Source: Podarcis filfolensis
Taxonomy: Eukaryota
Assembly (NCBI GenBank): GCA_964270895.1
Contig: OZ185440.1
DNA: 64,000 nt
Strand: one strand, 5' to 3'
Below, piece after piece: positions 12,601 to 24,600 of this stretch; the stretch's first letter is position 1; each line of letters starts with the position of its first letter. The translations under genes were made by a program, and so were the position numbers. Below the pieces are notes generated by a model. It ran no database searches, was not told the DNA's origin, and saw only the letters and a program-made list of their open reading frames with translations.

Positions 12601-15600
12601 GGTTAAGAGAATTCTAATAGTTTCTCACATCCCCCCACCAGAGACTTTGTTTGACCTTGGGCAAGCTTGTATTTCAGCCTTCCAGTAAGAGTAGCCTACC
12701 TTACTGGATTGTTGTGATGATAGATGAAAGACTGTGAAGAACTTGCTGATCAAATTTATATATATGTGATAAACAGCATTACTGGTAAAAATTATATTTT
12801 CTCCTGCACTACATTCCTGTAGCTATTGCTTAGGCTCTGACAGATGTTCAGTAGCTTTTGTTTGCTACTTGGAAAAATAACAGCATTTAACAATAAGATC
12901 AGTATTATTAATGCAGAATCACTAAGATTGTTGAACTAATGATGCCACAGTTTTGATTAGGAGGTCAAAACTGCTCATTTAAACAGATGTCATGGTGTGT
13001 TAACACTGTAGTTGTACTTCTGCAGCTGTTAAGAAAGGAAAACGCTTTTAAAAATAGGAGAAAAGCTGAAACAGTAGAGTTCTGCTTTAAAAGCCAAAAT
13101 AATCAGTTAAAGTGCAAGAGCTCCAAAGCTGGGTTTTTCCAACCATCTTGCTGTCTTTTAAGTATTATGTGTGCCTCTTACTATGTGGTTTTCTTCAGAT
13201 ACCTTGGAATTCAGAAGTCGACCTTTGGTGGCACAACGTTATGAAGAATTCTAGCAAGGAGTGTGAGCCTGTCTGGTGTGATGCGGAAGACGAACTGTTT
13301 ATTCTCTACACCAGTGGGTCAACTGGAAAACCAAAGGTATGTTCCTTTATTCTGATCCTGTGCCAAAGCATGAAGTGAAGAGTTAATATTTACTTGTCAA
13401 GTCACACTCGTTTGCTGTTCACTCTGCTGTGTGGACGCTTTGGATCCAAATGCTTACTGTTTTAATGCTTTCACAGTACTGGTCTGGAACCAGAAATGGG
13501 CCCTATCTCTACAAATACTTGTAACGTTAGTGCAACATTAATTACACATTAGTGTAACGAGACCTCTTGTATTCCAGGTGCTCTAGATTACTTGGAAGGG
13601 GGAAAGTTCAATGGTAGAGAATGTTTTGCCTGCAGAAGGTCCCAGGTTCAGTCCCTTCCATCTCCCCATAAAAGGATCTCTGGTAGCAGGTACTGTGAAA
13701 GTTCTTTGCCCAGAAACCCCACCTAGCTGCTGCCAGTCAAAATAGATGCCATTGGGCAAGATGGAGCAGTGGTCTGACTTGTTCTGTTCATGTGGCCCAC
13801 TGTGAAATTCTGGGTTGGTGGCATTGTGTGTATATAAATACATGCAGGGTGCAGGACTGGCCACATGTATTTTTTCACCGATTATTGAGCAGCAGTTGGC
13901 ATAAATAATTGAAGGAGGCACAGAAAGCCTAATACTTTTTAGTCTTTGCTATACATAGCACATCTACACATTACAGGCTTTCTTCATAACAACATATGCT
14001 TCCTAAGCCTTGTATACATCTGTTTAAATTCACACGAGATACGAGTCTGTGCATAAACTTTGATGTGTTTATTTCACTGCTTGCTGTACAGAGCACTCGC
14101 TTTACTGAATTTATGTGGTCAGTGGTTTGATGACTACAAAAATATCACATGAACTAATTTGGTTACCTCTCAGGGCTGTGTTTGGGATTGGTGCCACTAT
14201 TTTCGCATTTAATTATGACACTGCAAGTAAACATTGCAAAGAAAAGTACTTCATGGTAATGTTTCCCTGTAAAAGGGAGTCATACTAATTTCCCTTGTGT
14301 GTGATTGAACTAATGTTATGGTTATAATGTGGTTAATGATACAGTAAAAATACGTTTCCTTCTCTCATGCTGAAGTTTTACTGATGTATTTGTTCAATGT
14401 GGTAGTGCTTGAGTAAAACAATGGCTGGATGTAGACACATCAAAGTAGTCTTTCAGTTAAATGCATTGTAAATTTAAACAGGGAAAACAGGTAGAGAAAA
14501 ACAGGACTCCACACTGCCACCTGGTGGCACAATGTTATATTGCAAATACAACACATATACAGTGGTATCTCAGGTTACATACGCTTCAGGTTACATACAT
14601 TTCAGGTTACAGACTCTGCTAACCCAGAAATAGTACCTCGGGTTAAGAACTTTGCTTCAGGATGAGAACAGAAATCGTGCGGTGGCCGTGCGGCAGCAGC
14701 AGGAGGCCCCATTAGCTAAAGTGGTGCTTCAGGTTAAGAACAGTTTCAGGTTAAGAACGGACCTCCGGAACGAATTAAGTACGTAACCAGAGGTACCACT
14801 GTAAATCTCTTTTTCTTTACCAATCTAGCTGAGTCCAATGTTGCTGTATGCTTTCTCATATAATCGAAATCAAGCCAGTAATGTTCTGTTTAATTTCAGC
14901 TAGTTTTTTTTGTTTCAGGGTGTTGTACATACAATAGGTGGCTATATGATTTTCACTGCCACTACCTTTAAATATGTGTTTGATCACCATCCTGAGGACA
15001 TCTACTGGTGCACGGCTGACATTGGATGGATAACTGGCCATTCCTACCTCACATACGGACCTTTGGCAAATGGGGCAACCAGTGTCTTAGTAAGTTCTGT
15101 GGTATGTGGGCGCTGTATGAGGGTGGGGGGACTAGAAGCCTTGCCAGGCTTACACAAACCAAGTATGAGTGCCTTGATCAAGGTTGAATTGTATTGGTCT
15201 GGTCGTGCAACATCCTCATTGGCAAGAAAGCAGCTAAACAAGTTAGGTCACTGATGATGACCATGGCTCCCCAAACCACGTTTGCACTGAGGTTCATTGC
15301 TGGTCAAGTTCTTCTTACTGTCATTCTTCACAAGTACCTTCTTCTGATTTGAGCCAGCAGTCTCGCTGATTCAAATCAAATCATGAATGGTCCCCATTAT
15401 AGGGCTGCAAATTTTTGCACCCCACTTGCTGGAAGCAGCAGGTGGGGTGGTGGGTTTCTTCTTCTCATGCTAAACGACTTGTTTTCTGCTCAGTTTGAAG
15501 GGCTTCCCATTTACCCAGACGTTGGTCGTATGTGGAGCATCATTGACAAGTACAAGGTGACCAAGTTCTACACAGCACCCACTGCCATTCGCCTTCTCAT

Positions 15601-18600
15601 GAAGTATGGAGATGAACATGTCCGGAAGTAAGTAGGACTTTAAGCAAAACAGAGAGTGGTTTCGCTAATAACCTTCCAGCATTGGGAATATATAATCTCA
15701 AACATGCATCGCTCTAGAGAAAAGCAAACCCTAGAGCAAAGCTAATTCCTCCAGCCTTTTCCTCAGGAACAGCGTTCTTGTTTTACGTTTGTTCTATAAG
15801 ATACAAAGCATAGGGGCCAACTCCTAGGGGCCAAGGTCCTTTCGGGGGGCCCCAATCAAATATATGAGTGGGTTGCCCTTCCCCCCCAGTTGATGGAAAT
15901 TGCCATTTAAATGGTGTGCATGCACCACATCATGTGACTGATTCCGTGGAGCAGGGCTTACCCCCCCCCACATATGTTATTGAAGTTGGCACCCCTGATA
16001 TAAAGACAATGTGGGGAGGACAGTGAGAAAAGAGGGAAGGGAATATACTTGGCTGGATCTTGGTGCTTAGTTTAAGCCCTGATGACTGCTAGAAAAGGTC
16101 TGTCTGAATCTCACCCCAGTTACTATGCTTGCTCTTGACAGGAGGCTTTTGTCGGTTTCTGGCAATGTTCTCCTTGTGCTGCTTGGCACTCTCCTTGAAG
16201 GGCCAGCTCTGGAACTGCAAACCAATTTTTTTCTTGTGGAGTTTTCCTCCCTCTCTTTAAAAACCTATCTGCTTCTTATGGCAGGTACAGCAGGAAGTCC
16301 CTGAAGATCCTTGGGACAGTTGGGGAGCCCATAAACCCAGAAGCTTGGCTATGGTACTATAGGGTGGTTGGCGAAGAAAGATGCCCTATAGTGGATACCT
16401 TCTGGCAGACAGAGACTGTGAGTTATTTGGTTCTTGGTTCCCTTTGTGTCTTGTGAATGATCTGTCTGTTTGCCTGTGTGGGTGTTAGGATTTTCCTGCG
16501 CTCTCCCAAGTACTAGGTTTTGGGCGGCATTCAGCTTGGTTTTGCTCAGAGTAGACTAATTGAAGTAAATGAACTTGACTAAGCAATGCCCATTAATTTC
16601 AGTGAGTCTACTCTGCATCAAACTTAGATGAATACCACTTTTTGAGTGGAATTCAATATAGTGGTAAGTGGGGTACATGGGAGGGGGATCAGGTTTTCTC
16701 CCCACCCCCACCCTGCATGCCCCCTAAACCTGTTCTGCAGGTTCCCCAATCCTCCAGAGTCAATTTAGGGGTGTGTGGGGTATGCGGAGCAAGCAGGCCG
16801 CGTTCTGTACATGCAACAACTTAGTTGAATCCCACCTTTTTGAGTTTTTGCCCACAAACTTGCTACAGTTTTTCTATAGCAAAAGTACAGTTGCTTGGAA
16901 ATGCATTGCTGCTACCTGCTGTGCCTCGGAACAACTCAGCTTTTCCTCGACTGCTTGGTATTGTTGTAACAGTTTTGGGTTTCTATCCTGCAGGGGGGCC
17001 ATGTGTTAACTCCTCTCCCTGCTGCCATACCAATGAAGCCAGGCTCAGCTGTAAGTATAGATTCTTATTGTTCTCGTCTGTTTGTGCAGCAGTACTTTTT
17101 GTCCCCCACCCCCCTTGGGCTTTGGCGCAATAGTTTCACTAATAATCCTCTCATAAACATGCAGATAACTGCAAATTATTTTATACACACTTGCATGTTT
17201 TAAAGCATTTTCTAAAGCAAAACCAAAGTGGGATGATAGGCTCTAAGTGAATAGAGGTTTTCCTTCCTGGAAATTGACTTATTTGCTGACCAGAAGCTTT
17301 GGGTGTAATCTTAAAAGTTATGGAACCTTCTGGGGTGAATTATTTGGGGATGGGAATGGACCAATGGAAGAACTTAGCCCAGATGTGAAAACAAGTCCAA
17401 AGTTCCCTTTCTCCCTTCCACATGTCTGCTTTCTCTGGGGGTTTAGTTTGCATTTTCCACTTCTTCCAAATCCTACTATTTCCTTGGCAGACGCTTCCTT
17501 TCTTTGGGGTGGTCCCTGCGGTGCTGGATGAGTCTGGGGAGGAGCTGGAAGGAGAAGCAGAAGGTTACCTGGTAAGAAAAAGTGAAGTTTTTATTGCTGG
17601 CTAAATTCAATCTGTGTGTGGAGCTTCATGGTCTATATATAGTCATTCCCATTTTGCATTAGTTCCATGTGTGAGATATCTGTCCCTTAACTGCTTCAGA
17701 CAGTGGAAGCAGAGCATAGCAGTCATGGCTTGTTACCATTGATACCATTATCCTCCATACTATTAAAGCTATCTGAATTGGTGGCCATCTCCACTTCCTT
17801 CAGAAGCAAGTTTAATACTTTAAGAGAGAGAGAGAGAGAGAGCGCATTCACACACACACACACAAATAAAATTTTCAGCTTGACCTAGTAATGTATTGGC
17901 AGCCAGTGGTATTACTTTAATAAACGTGTTGCATGTTAGATGCTGGTTTCTCTAGTATGCAACCTAGGGCAGCCCCACACAGAGATTGTTCCAGTAATCT
18001 CTTGAGGGTACCAGTGCACAGTCCGCTGTGACTGCTATCTGTATCCAGGAATTGTTGAAACTTGTGTACCAGCCTAAGCTGGAAAAAGGAACTCTCAGCC
18101 ACTGGAGCTACTTGGGCCTCAGTTGACGAAGATGGGTACAGGTGTAACCCCAGACTACAGACTTGTTCCTTCAGAGGAAATGCAGCTCTGTTTGGAACTA
18201 GCAATTGACCAATTTCCTGGATCTGGGCACCACTCATCTTAAGGCCCTCCACCTTGCCAGGATTCAGCTTCAGTTCACTGGCCCTCATCCAGACCACCAC
18301 TGTATCTGGACTTAGTATTGCTAGTTTGCCAAAGTTAGCCTTTTAGCGAATACATGTGTAAGATACATATTCACTAGCAGATAGGGTAACCAGAGTGGGC
18401 ATAATACCTGCTTAATTCTCAGGCTGCTTTGGAATGGGATGGTGTTTGGGAAAGCAGTGCAGAGGACAGGGGTTCAGCCCTTCCTTCTCACATTGCTGCT
18501 GCTGTCTCAAAATTTGAGTCCTTGGTGGCTGCTCTTTCTAAAGCAAAAACACACACCCCAGAAAAAGTTGGAAGGGTCTACTGTTTAAGCACAGAGTGTG

Positions 18601-21600
18601 GCAACTCCTCAGCATTGTAATAAGTTCTGAGCTCAGCTCTGATCAGATCAAATTTCTCTCTGGGAGTGAAGAAGATTTGAACTATCAGAGTTGAACTGAT
18701 TTTACACAGGAGACTGCAAGTTGTCTTTCACCAAGAGCAAAGGATCATAAAATATATCTGCAGAATGGACGATTGCCCAGAGCAGAGTCAAAGTGCCAAG
18801 AATGTGCATGGGTTGCTTGGGTGTTGTCCAGCTTCTATTTATGAAAGATGATACCATTCTGTATGTTCGTTTAATAATTACGTTGTAGAGGGCATCTGGA
18901 ATCGCTGTAGTGATGAGTTTCCTGGAAAAAATTGAACACGGAAATTTCCTGCTCTCCTAAACCCATTGTGATCTGATTTAGCATGGTCTACTTGACTAGA
19001 AGTTTTTTTGGGGGGCGTGGCATGGCGGGAGTATGCCATGTTTCATTTTATGCTGTGTGTAGAATTCAATAAGGTAAACACTGGCACTTTAAAGTAAACT
19101 ATGATTTAATGCACTTTAATGTTTGCTCGTCCTCTCCTGAGTGTTGCAGGAGGAGGAAACAATCCCAGAGTCTGGCATGGGGTGACATGTGAACTTAGGC
19201 TTGTAGTTTGTTTCTTGGTGAGCTAACAGACCTTATCTTCAGGTTGTGGTTTGCTTAGAGAGAAACAAACCACGAGCTCTAGTTTACATGCATTGAAAAG
19301 CCAGATTATTGTCATGTTTCTGGCTTGTTTCCATCATGGAACAGTTGGGAGGACCACATTCCCAGAGTTAGGCCATGTTATAATTGCGGTTATCAGTAGC
19401 ATATCTTAAGCCTAAACAATACATGTTGTATCAGACCCAAGGTACGTCTAACCCAGTTCTCACAGTAAGACGTGTGTAACTCATCTTGATCCTCAGTCAC
19501 TAGTATTCAGAGGCAAACTTGACTGAATGGGTATTTGAACTCTGGTCTCCCAGGACAAAGTCCATCATTTGAGGCAATGCGCCATAGTGACTTAACACCC
19601 AATGTCTTGTGTGAGCATAGCATTATACAGTATTGAATCCTTTGTGGGAGGAGAGGAACAATTCTTTGGAAGTAAGCCACAGCTTCACATAGGACAAAAT
19701 GCTCAATGCAATGTAAGGGCATGGTAAAGAAACCCACGTTTAATATGTTCTCTTATTTGTCCTCTCCTTTTAGGTTTTTAAGCAACCCTGGCCTGGAATA
19801 ATGCGCACAGTGTACAAAAACCACCAGCGGTTTGAGACCACGTACTTCAAAAAGTTCCCTGGTTACTATGTGACTGGAGATGGTAAGGTTCTACATGGAA
19901 TCCTGTAATATTGACAGTAATGCTTGCTTCCTGTATAATGTGGAAGGGATTAAGCATGATATATAAAAAAGAGGCTCAACATACTTCCTTTGTGCAGCTT
20001 TTTTTTATTTCCAGCCCTTCCATCTGAATTCTCTTTCTAACAGGGACTTAGAGCTATATGTATGGACTAGGTTTGATTCAGACTTGGGTTTTGTGAGCTT
20101 TTAATTCGTAGCCCTGGAATGAATGCTCAGATCTTGGCAACAAAGGCAAGAGGTCCCTTTATGAAATCCACAGTCCACCCTGCTTGACTCCCTGGAATTA
20201 GGAGCAAATTGTGGGAGAAGGTGTGTGAGTCACAAAGGATATGGGGAACAGACCCCCTTTGGCACCCTTTATTTACATCAATTTGATTTGCCTGGAATTT
20301 GATTTGGATACTGAAGTTCAGCCCTGAAATATGCAATGCATAGGGTGGGGGGCTTAGGAATTGGTTCATTGGGCCTTTCCTTTTCCACTCATTCATCTTT
20401 GCTGGTCCCATGTATTTGCAGTTAGGCAGCAGGGCTTCTGGGCAATGAGGTGTTACTACTGCTTTTCACATTACTCTTTTTTGCTGCCTTATGTTTCTTA
20501 ATACTTAGTGTCATTTGTTCACATTGTGCTGTGTACACCCACACCCACCCCAGTTCTCCCTAGATGCTTTTTTCCCTAGCTGGCTACTTTATAATGGTCA
20601 ATTTGCTGGTTTGGTTTTTTCCCCCTGCCAGGCTGCAAGAGAGATAAAGATGGTTATTATTGGATCACGGGTCGAATTGATGACATGCTGAATGTTTCTG
20701 GTAAGAACAAAATCTTTGTGGAAGGTTTCGAGTTTCCTGTAAAACTCTCCCAATGATATGGTAGGCCTTTTTGACATGATATGCCATCCTAGGCTCGTTT
20801 GGGAGGAAGAGCAGGATGTAAAATGAATCAATCAAAAAATTTGGGGGGGGGGCGTGATATGTTTCCTCCTCAATACTGTTTAAAGCATGTGGCTGACAGA
20901 GGGTCAGCCAAGGATGAATGAGATGCTTGGGCCAAAAAAGGTTAGAGCAGTGAATGCAAAAAATCAATAGTGACTGTGGTTGCATAATCAAATCCTGGCT
21001 TGATAGGCCAGGATACGTTTGAGCTTCATGCACACACATGCAGCCTCTTTACTCTCACTCTTGCTTTGTGTGAATGGGGAAGCAGAGCAGGAAGCTGCAG
21101 TTAGATGTTAGTGCCTGATTTGTGCAAACTGGGAACTATGGTCACTGTCATCAAAGCAACAAGGAATCCTGGCTTGTTTGGAAACCATTAGCCACCCGTG
21201 TGGTTTATACATAATACAAAATTATGGTTAAAAATGGTTTGTTTTTCTCCTTGTGCAAAGCATGGAGTGCAATGGAATCATAGGGCTTGATGCAGGTGCA
21301 TAAAGCTTACCTGAAAGCAGCCAATGTCTGAGCTCATTCCCTTAAGAGATTCTTTCTACTTTATAGTTTTGTCTGCCCCATTTTTCTTAGGAATTTTAAA
21401 GTTTGTACAGTGGCATTGACTCCTGCATAGCCATGGGGTTTTCAGGAAGCATATAACATTAGCTGCAATGTGACCTTTTGGTTTCCTTACATAATGGTCC
21501 ATAGAGTCTCCATAACTATCAAATATCTGGGCACTTGAAAGCTCTTATCTTTTCAGAGATTGAAATATCTAATATTTACATATCTCTGGTTTTTGTTTTT

Positions 21601-24600
21601 ATAATTTATCTTGGTACACAGCACCATATCCGCTCAAGCAGAATCAGTGCAGGCATACTCTTTGGGGAACTTCAAGGAGTCTTCTCAACCAGATAGACTA
21701 GAGGAAAACATGTTCTCCTCTTTTATCTTATGAAGTCCCAACAAAATACGAAACTAAGCAAACTAAGAAATGGTTTGCTCTACTATTATTGGCTACTTTT
21801 ATTTATTTTTTAGCTTTTACAAGTTGTACTTGGGATCAAACTGTGTTTTCTCCCATAGTACCTTTCTAGAATGCTATTTTGCAACATTTGCAGCTTGACC
21901 AAGATTTTAGTGTAAAGGGTTCCTTTTTTATTTTGGTGATGATATTTCTTTGGCAATACACAATCTATGCCAATGGATAACCATGTTGGCCTCAGCCAAT
22001 AGAATTACCTTAAGCCCTAGCCTTCAGCACGGGTCTTGGCTTGCTTAGTTTTTTTTTTTTTTCATTAAATTTATATGATGCTTCATTGCTCAAAACAAAA
22101 CTTCAGTTTACAAAAAGAATAAAACAATGAAGTTATCAGTAAAAAAAAAAAGACAGTTCAAAGCAACTATATAAAATACTCAGATTTTTTTTTAAATAAA
22201 AAAACCCAATAAGCTAAAAACTAGATTAAAACCAATGTCAACATGGATAGGCTTTCCTAAATGAAGGTATTTTCAGCAGGTGCCGAAAACCGTACAGTGA
22301 AGGGGCCTGCCTGATGTCAATAGGCTTTTGTGGAAAACCTCTTGAAAAGTGAAGAGGCCTGGGTAGCAATGCCAATATAAGAAAAAGCCCCCATTTTATT
22401 CTGTTTGCAGGGCACTTGCTGAGTACAGCAGAAGTTGAATCTGCTTTGGTGGAACACCTGGCGGTTTCGGAGGCAGCAGTAGTAAGCCACCCGCACCCAG
22501 TGAAGGGAGAGTGCCTCTACTGTTTTGTGACGCTGAAGGATGGTCATGATTTCACAAAGAACTTAGTTGATGAACTGAAGAAACAAGGTAACCTTGGTAG
22601 ACCATCACATGTCGCTTGGCAAAAGGGCCAGAAAGCCCTTTTGGATTTGTGAGGTGGGTGCGGGAGGGGCAGGGTAGCATGCTGCTCATGCAACAAAGAA
22701 AGCCACCTTAGGCCAGGTTAGACTTTTTGTCCACCTGGTCACATCCCAATGAAGCTGAATGTTGGAAGATTCGGGGGGAAACAAAAGGAAGTACTTCTTC
22801 ACCCTACATGTAGTTAAATTATGGAATTTGCTCCCACTAGAGGCAGTGATGGCTGCCAACTTGAATGGCTTTAATAGTAGATTAGAAAAAAATCATGAAG
22901 GATAAGGCACAGTGGTTATTGCCACTGATGGTTGTGTTCTCCTCCTCCATCACTGTCAGAGGCAGTGCGTTTCTGAATAGCAGTTGTTGGAAACCACAAG
23001 AGGGAAGAGTGCTGTAGTGTTCAGGTCCTGCTTGGATGCTTCCCATGGGCATCTGGTTGGCCACTGTGAGATCAGCATGCAGGGCTAGATGGGCTTTTTC
23101 TTTGTCCTTGGTATTATCTGGTCCAACTGGCAGTCTCTCTGGAATACCCAGCAAAGGACATTCCCTTCACTTCTTACCCAGTTCTTTTAAAACTGGATAT
23201 ACTAGGTATTGAATTCTGGACCTTAGGCATGGTAAACATGTGCTCAGTTGCTGAGCCAGGATCACATTGGTGGAGCGGATGTCACACTAGCCTGTTCAGC
23301 AAAAGGAAAGCTACCTGCTGGCTCAGATTTTCTTTTGGAGATCATTCTTCAGCCCTTCTAATCTTCCTGAAATGAAGCCCCACCCCAGCAACTTGCATCA
23401 TCCCACAGCCTGGCTGGCAGGACAGTTTTCAAATAAAAGGTTCATTGCTTAGTTGTCCCAGAGGCTAAATTTATCTCTGCTGGCCTTATTGCCTCCCACA
23501 TGTTGCTCTCCTTGCCAGCTGGCACCTGACTTGAATACATAAGGGCAGACCGCATGGCCCGTGAACAGGGTGTGGGTTTTGCAGTGGCGAGGCATTTCAC
23601 AACAACCCTTCCTTTCCCTTTGACAGCAGAGTTGCTGTAGAGGAGGGTGGGTTTCCACAACAGGTTCGTTTCCAAATTGGACTCTGGGGTAGCGGTATTT
23701 ATCTGACCAAGGTCTTACGGGAACAGAAATCATTCGACGTGTTTTTAATGAGCGGAGCAAGACTTCCCCAGAGTGGCTGCTTTTTAAAACAGGCCCGTTG
23801 GTGTTAGTTACTCCTGGTCAGCCCCTTTGTCATTCAAACACTGTGTTCTGCAGAATCCTTTCAGAAGCTTTTCACGCACTCATCAAGGAGAAGAGTTTCC
23901 CTGAAAGACTATAATGAGAGAGAAGCTAATCTCACTTTCCACTGTGCAGCTGTGAAGGGACATCTGGGGTGTGCCAAGGATGACACCTGCAGATGGAACA
24001 GGCACATGAGGCTGAGCTAGTGCCTTCTGTGTACTGACTGTGGATCTAAACAATGCCCCATTTCCAGAGGCAAATGCAGAGAAGTCAGCGTGGGAGGGGT
24101 CCCTGTGGTTTGAGAAACACTGCTTCCTGTCAGAAATAAGAGCCGGTAGAATAAAAATGTTGCATACCTTTTAGAAGAACGAATAAGTTCTAATTGGAAA
24201 TGGGAATGATGAAAGAAGAACCTCGGTTACAAAACTGAAGTGGAAACAATCAAGGAAGAATTTATATTACAATTTATAAATCTTATTCCTGAAAAGGGTT
24301 TTGTTTTCTGTCCCTACTATGTGTGTTAAAGTTGCATTTCAGTGTAACTAGGAGCAGGGGGGTGCTGTGGTCTAAACCACTGAGCTTCTTGGGCTTCTAA
24401 TTGGAAGGTCTGGCAGTTCGAATCTATGTGACGGGGTGAACTCCTGTTGCTGTGTCCCAGCTCCTGCCAACCTAGCAGTTCAAAAGCATACCAGTACGAG
24501 TAGATAAATAGGTACCGCTGCGGTGGGAAGGTAAACGGTGTTTCAATGCGCTCTGGCACTCATCACAGTGGCCCGTCACGCCAGAAGCGGTTTAGTCATG

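Noticed and set aside
17917-18300. 127-aa ORF
   Set aside because: Decayed L2 LINE fragment, not a host gene
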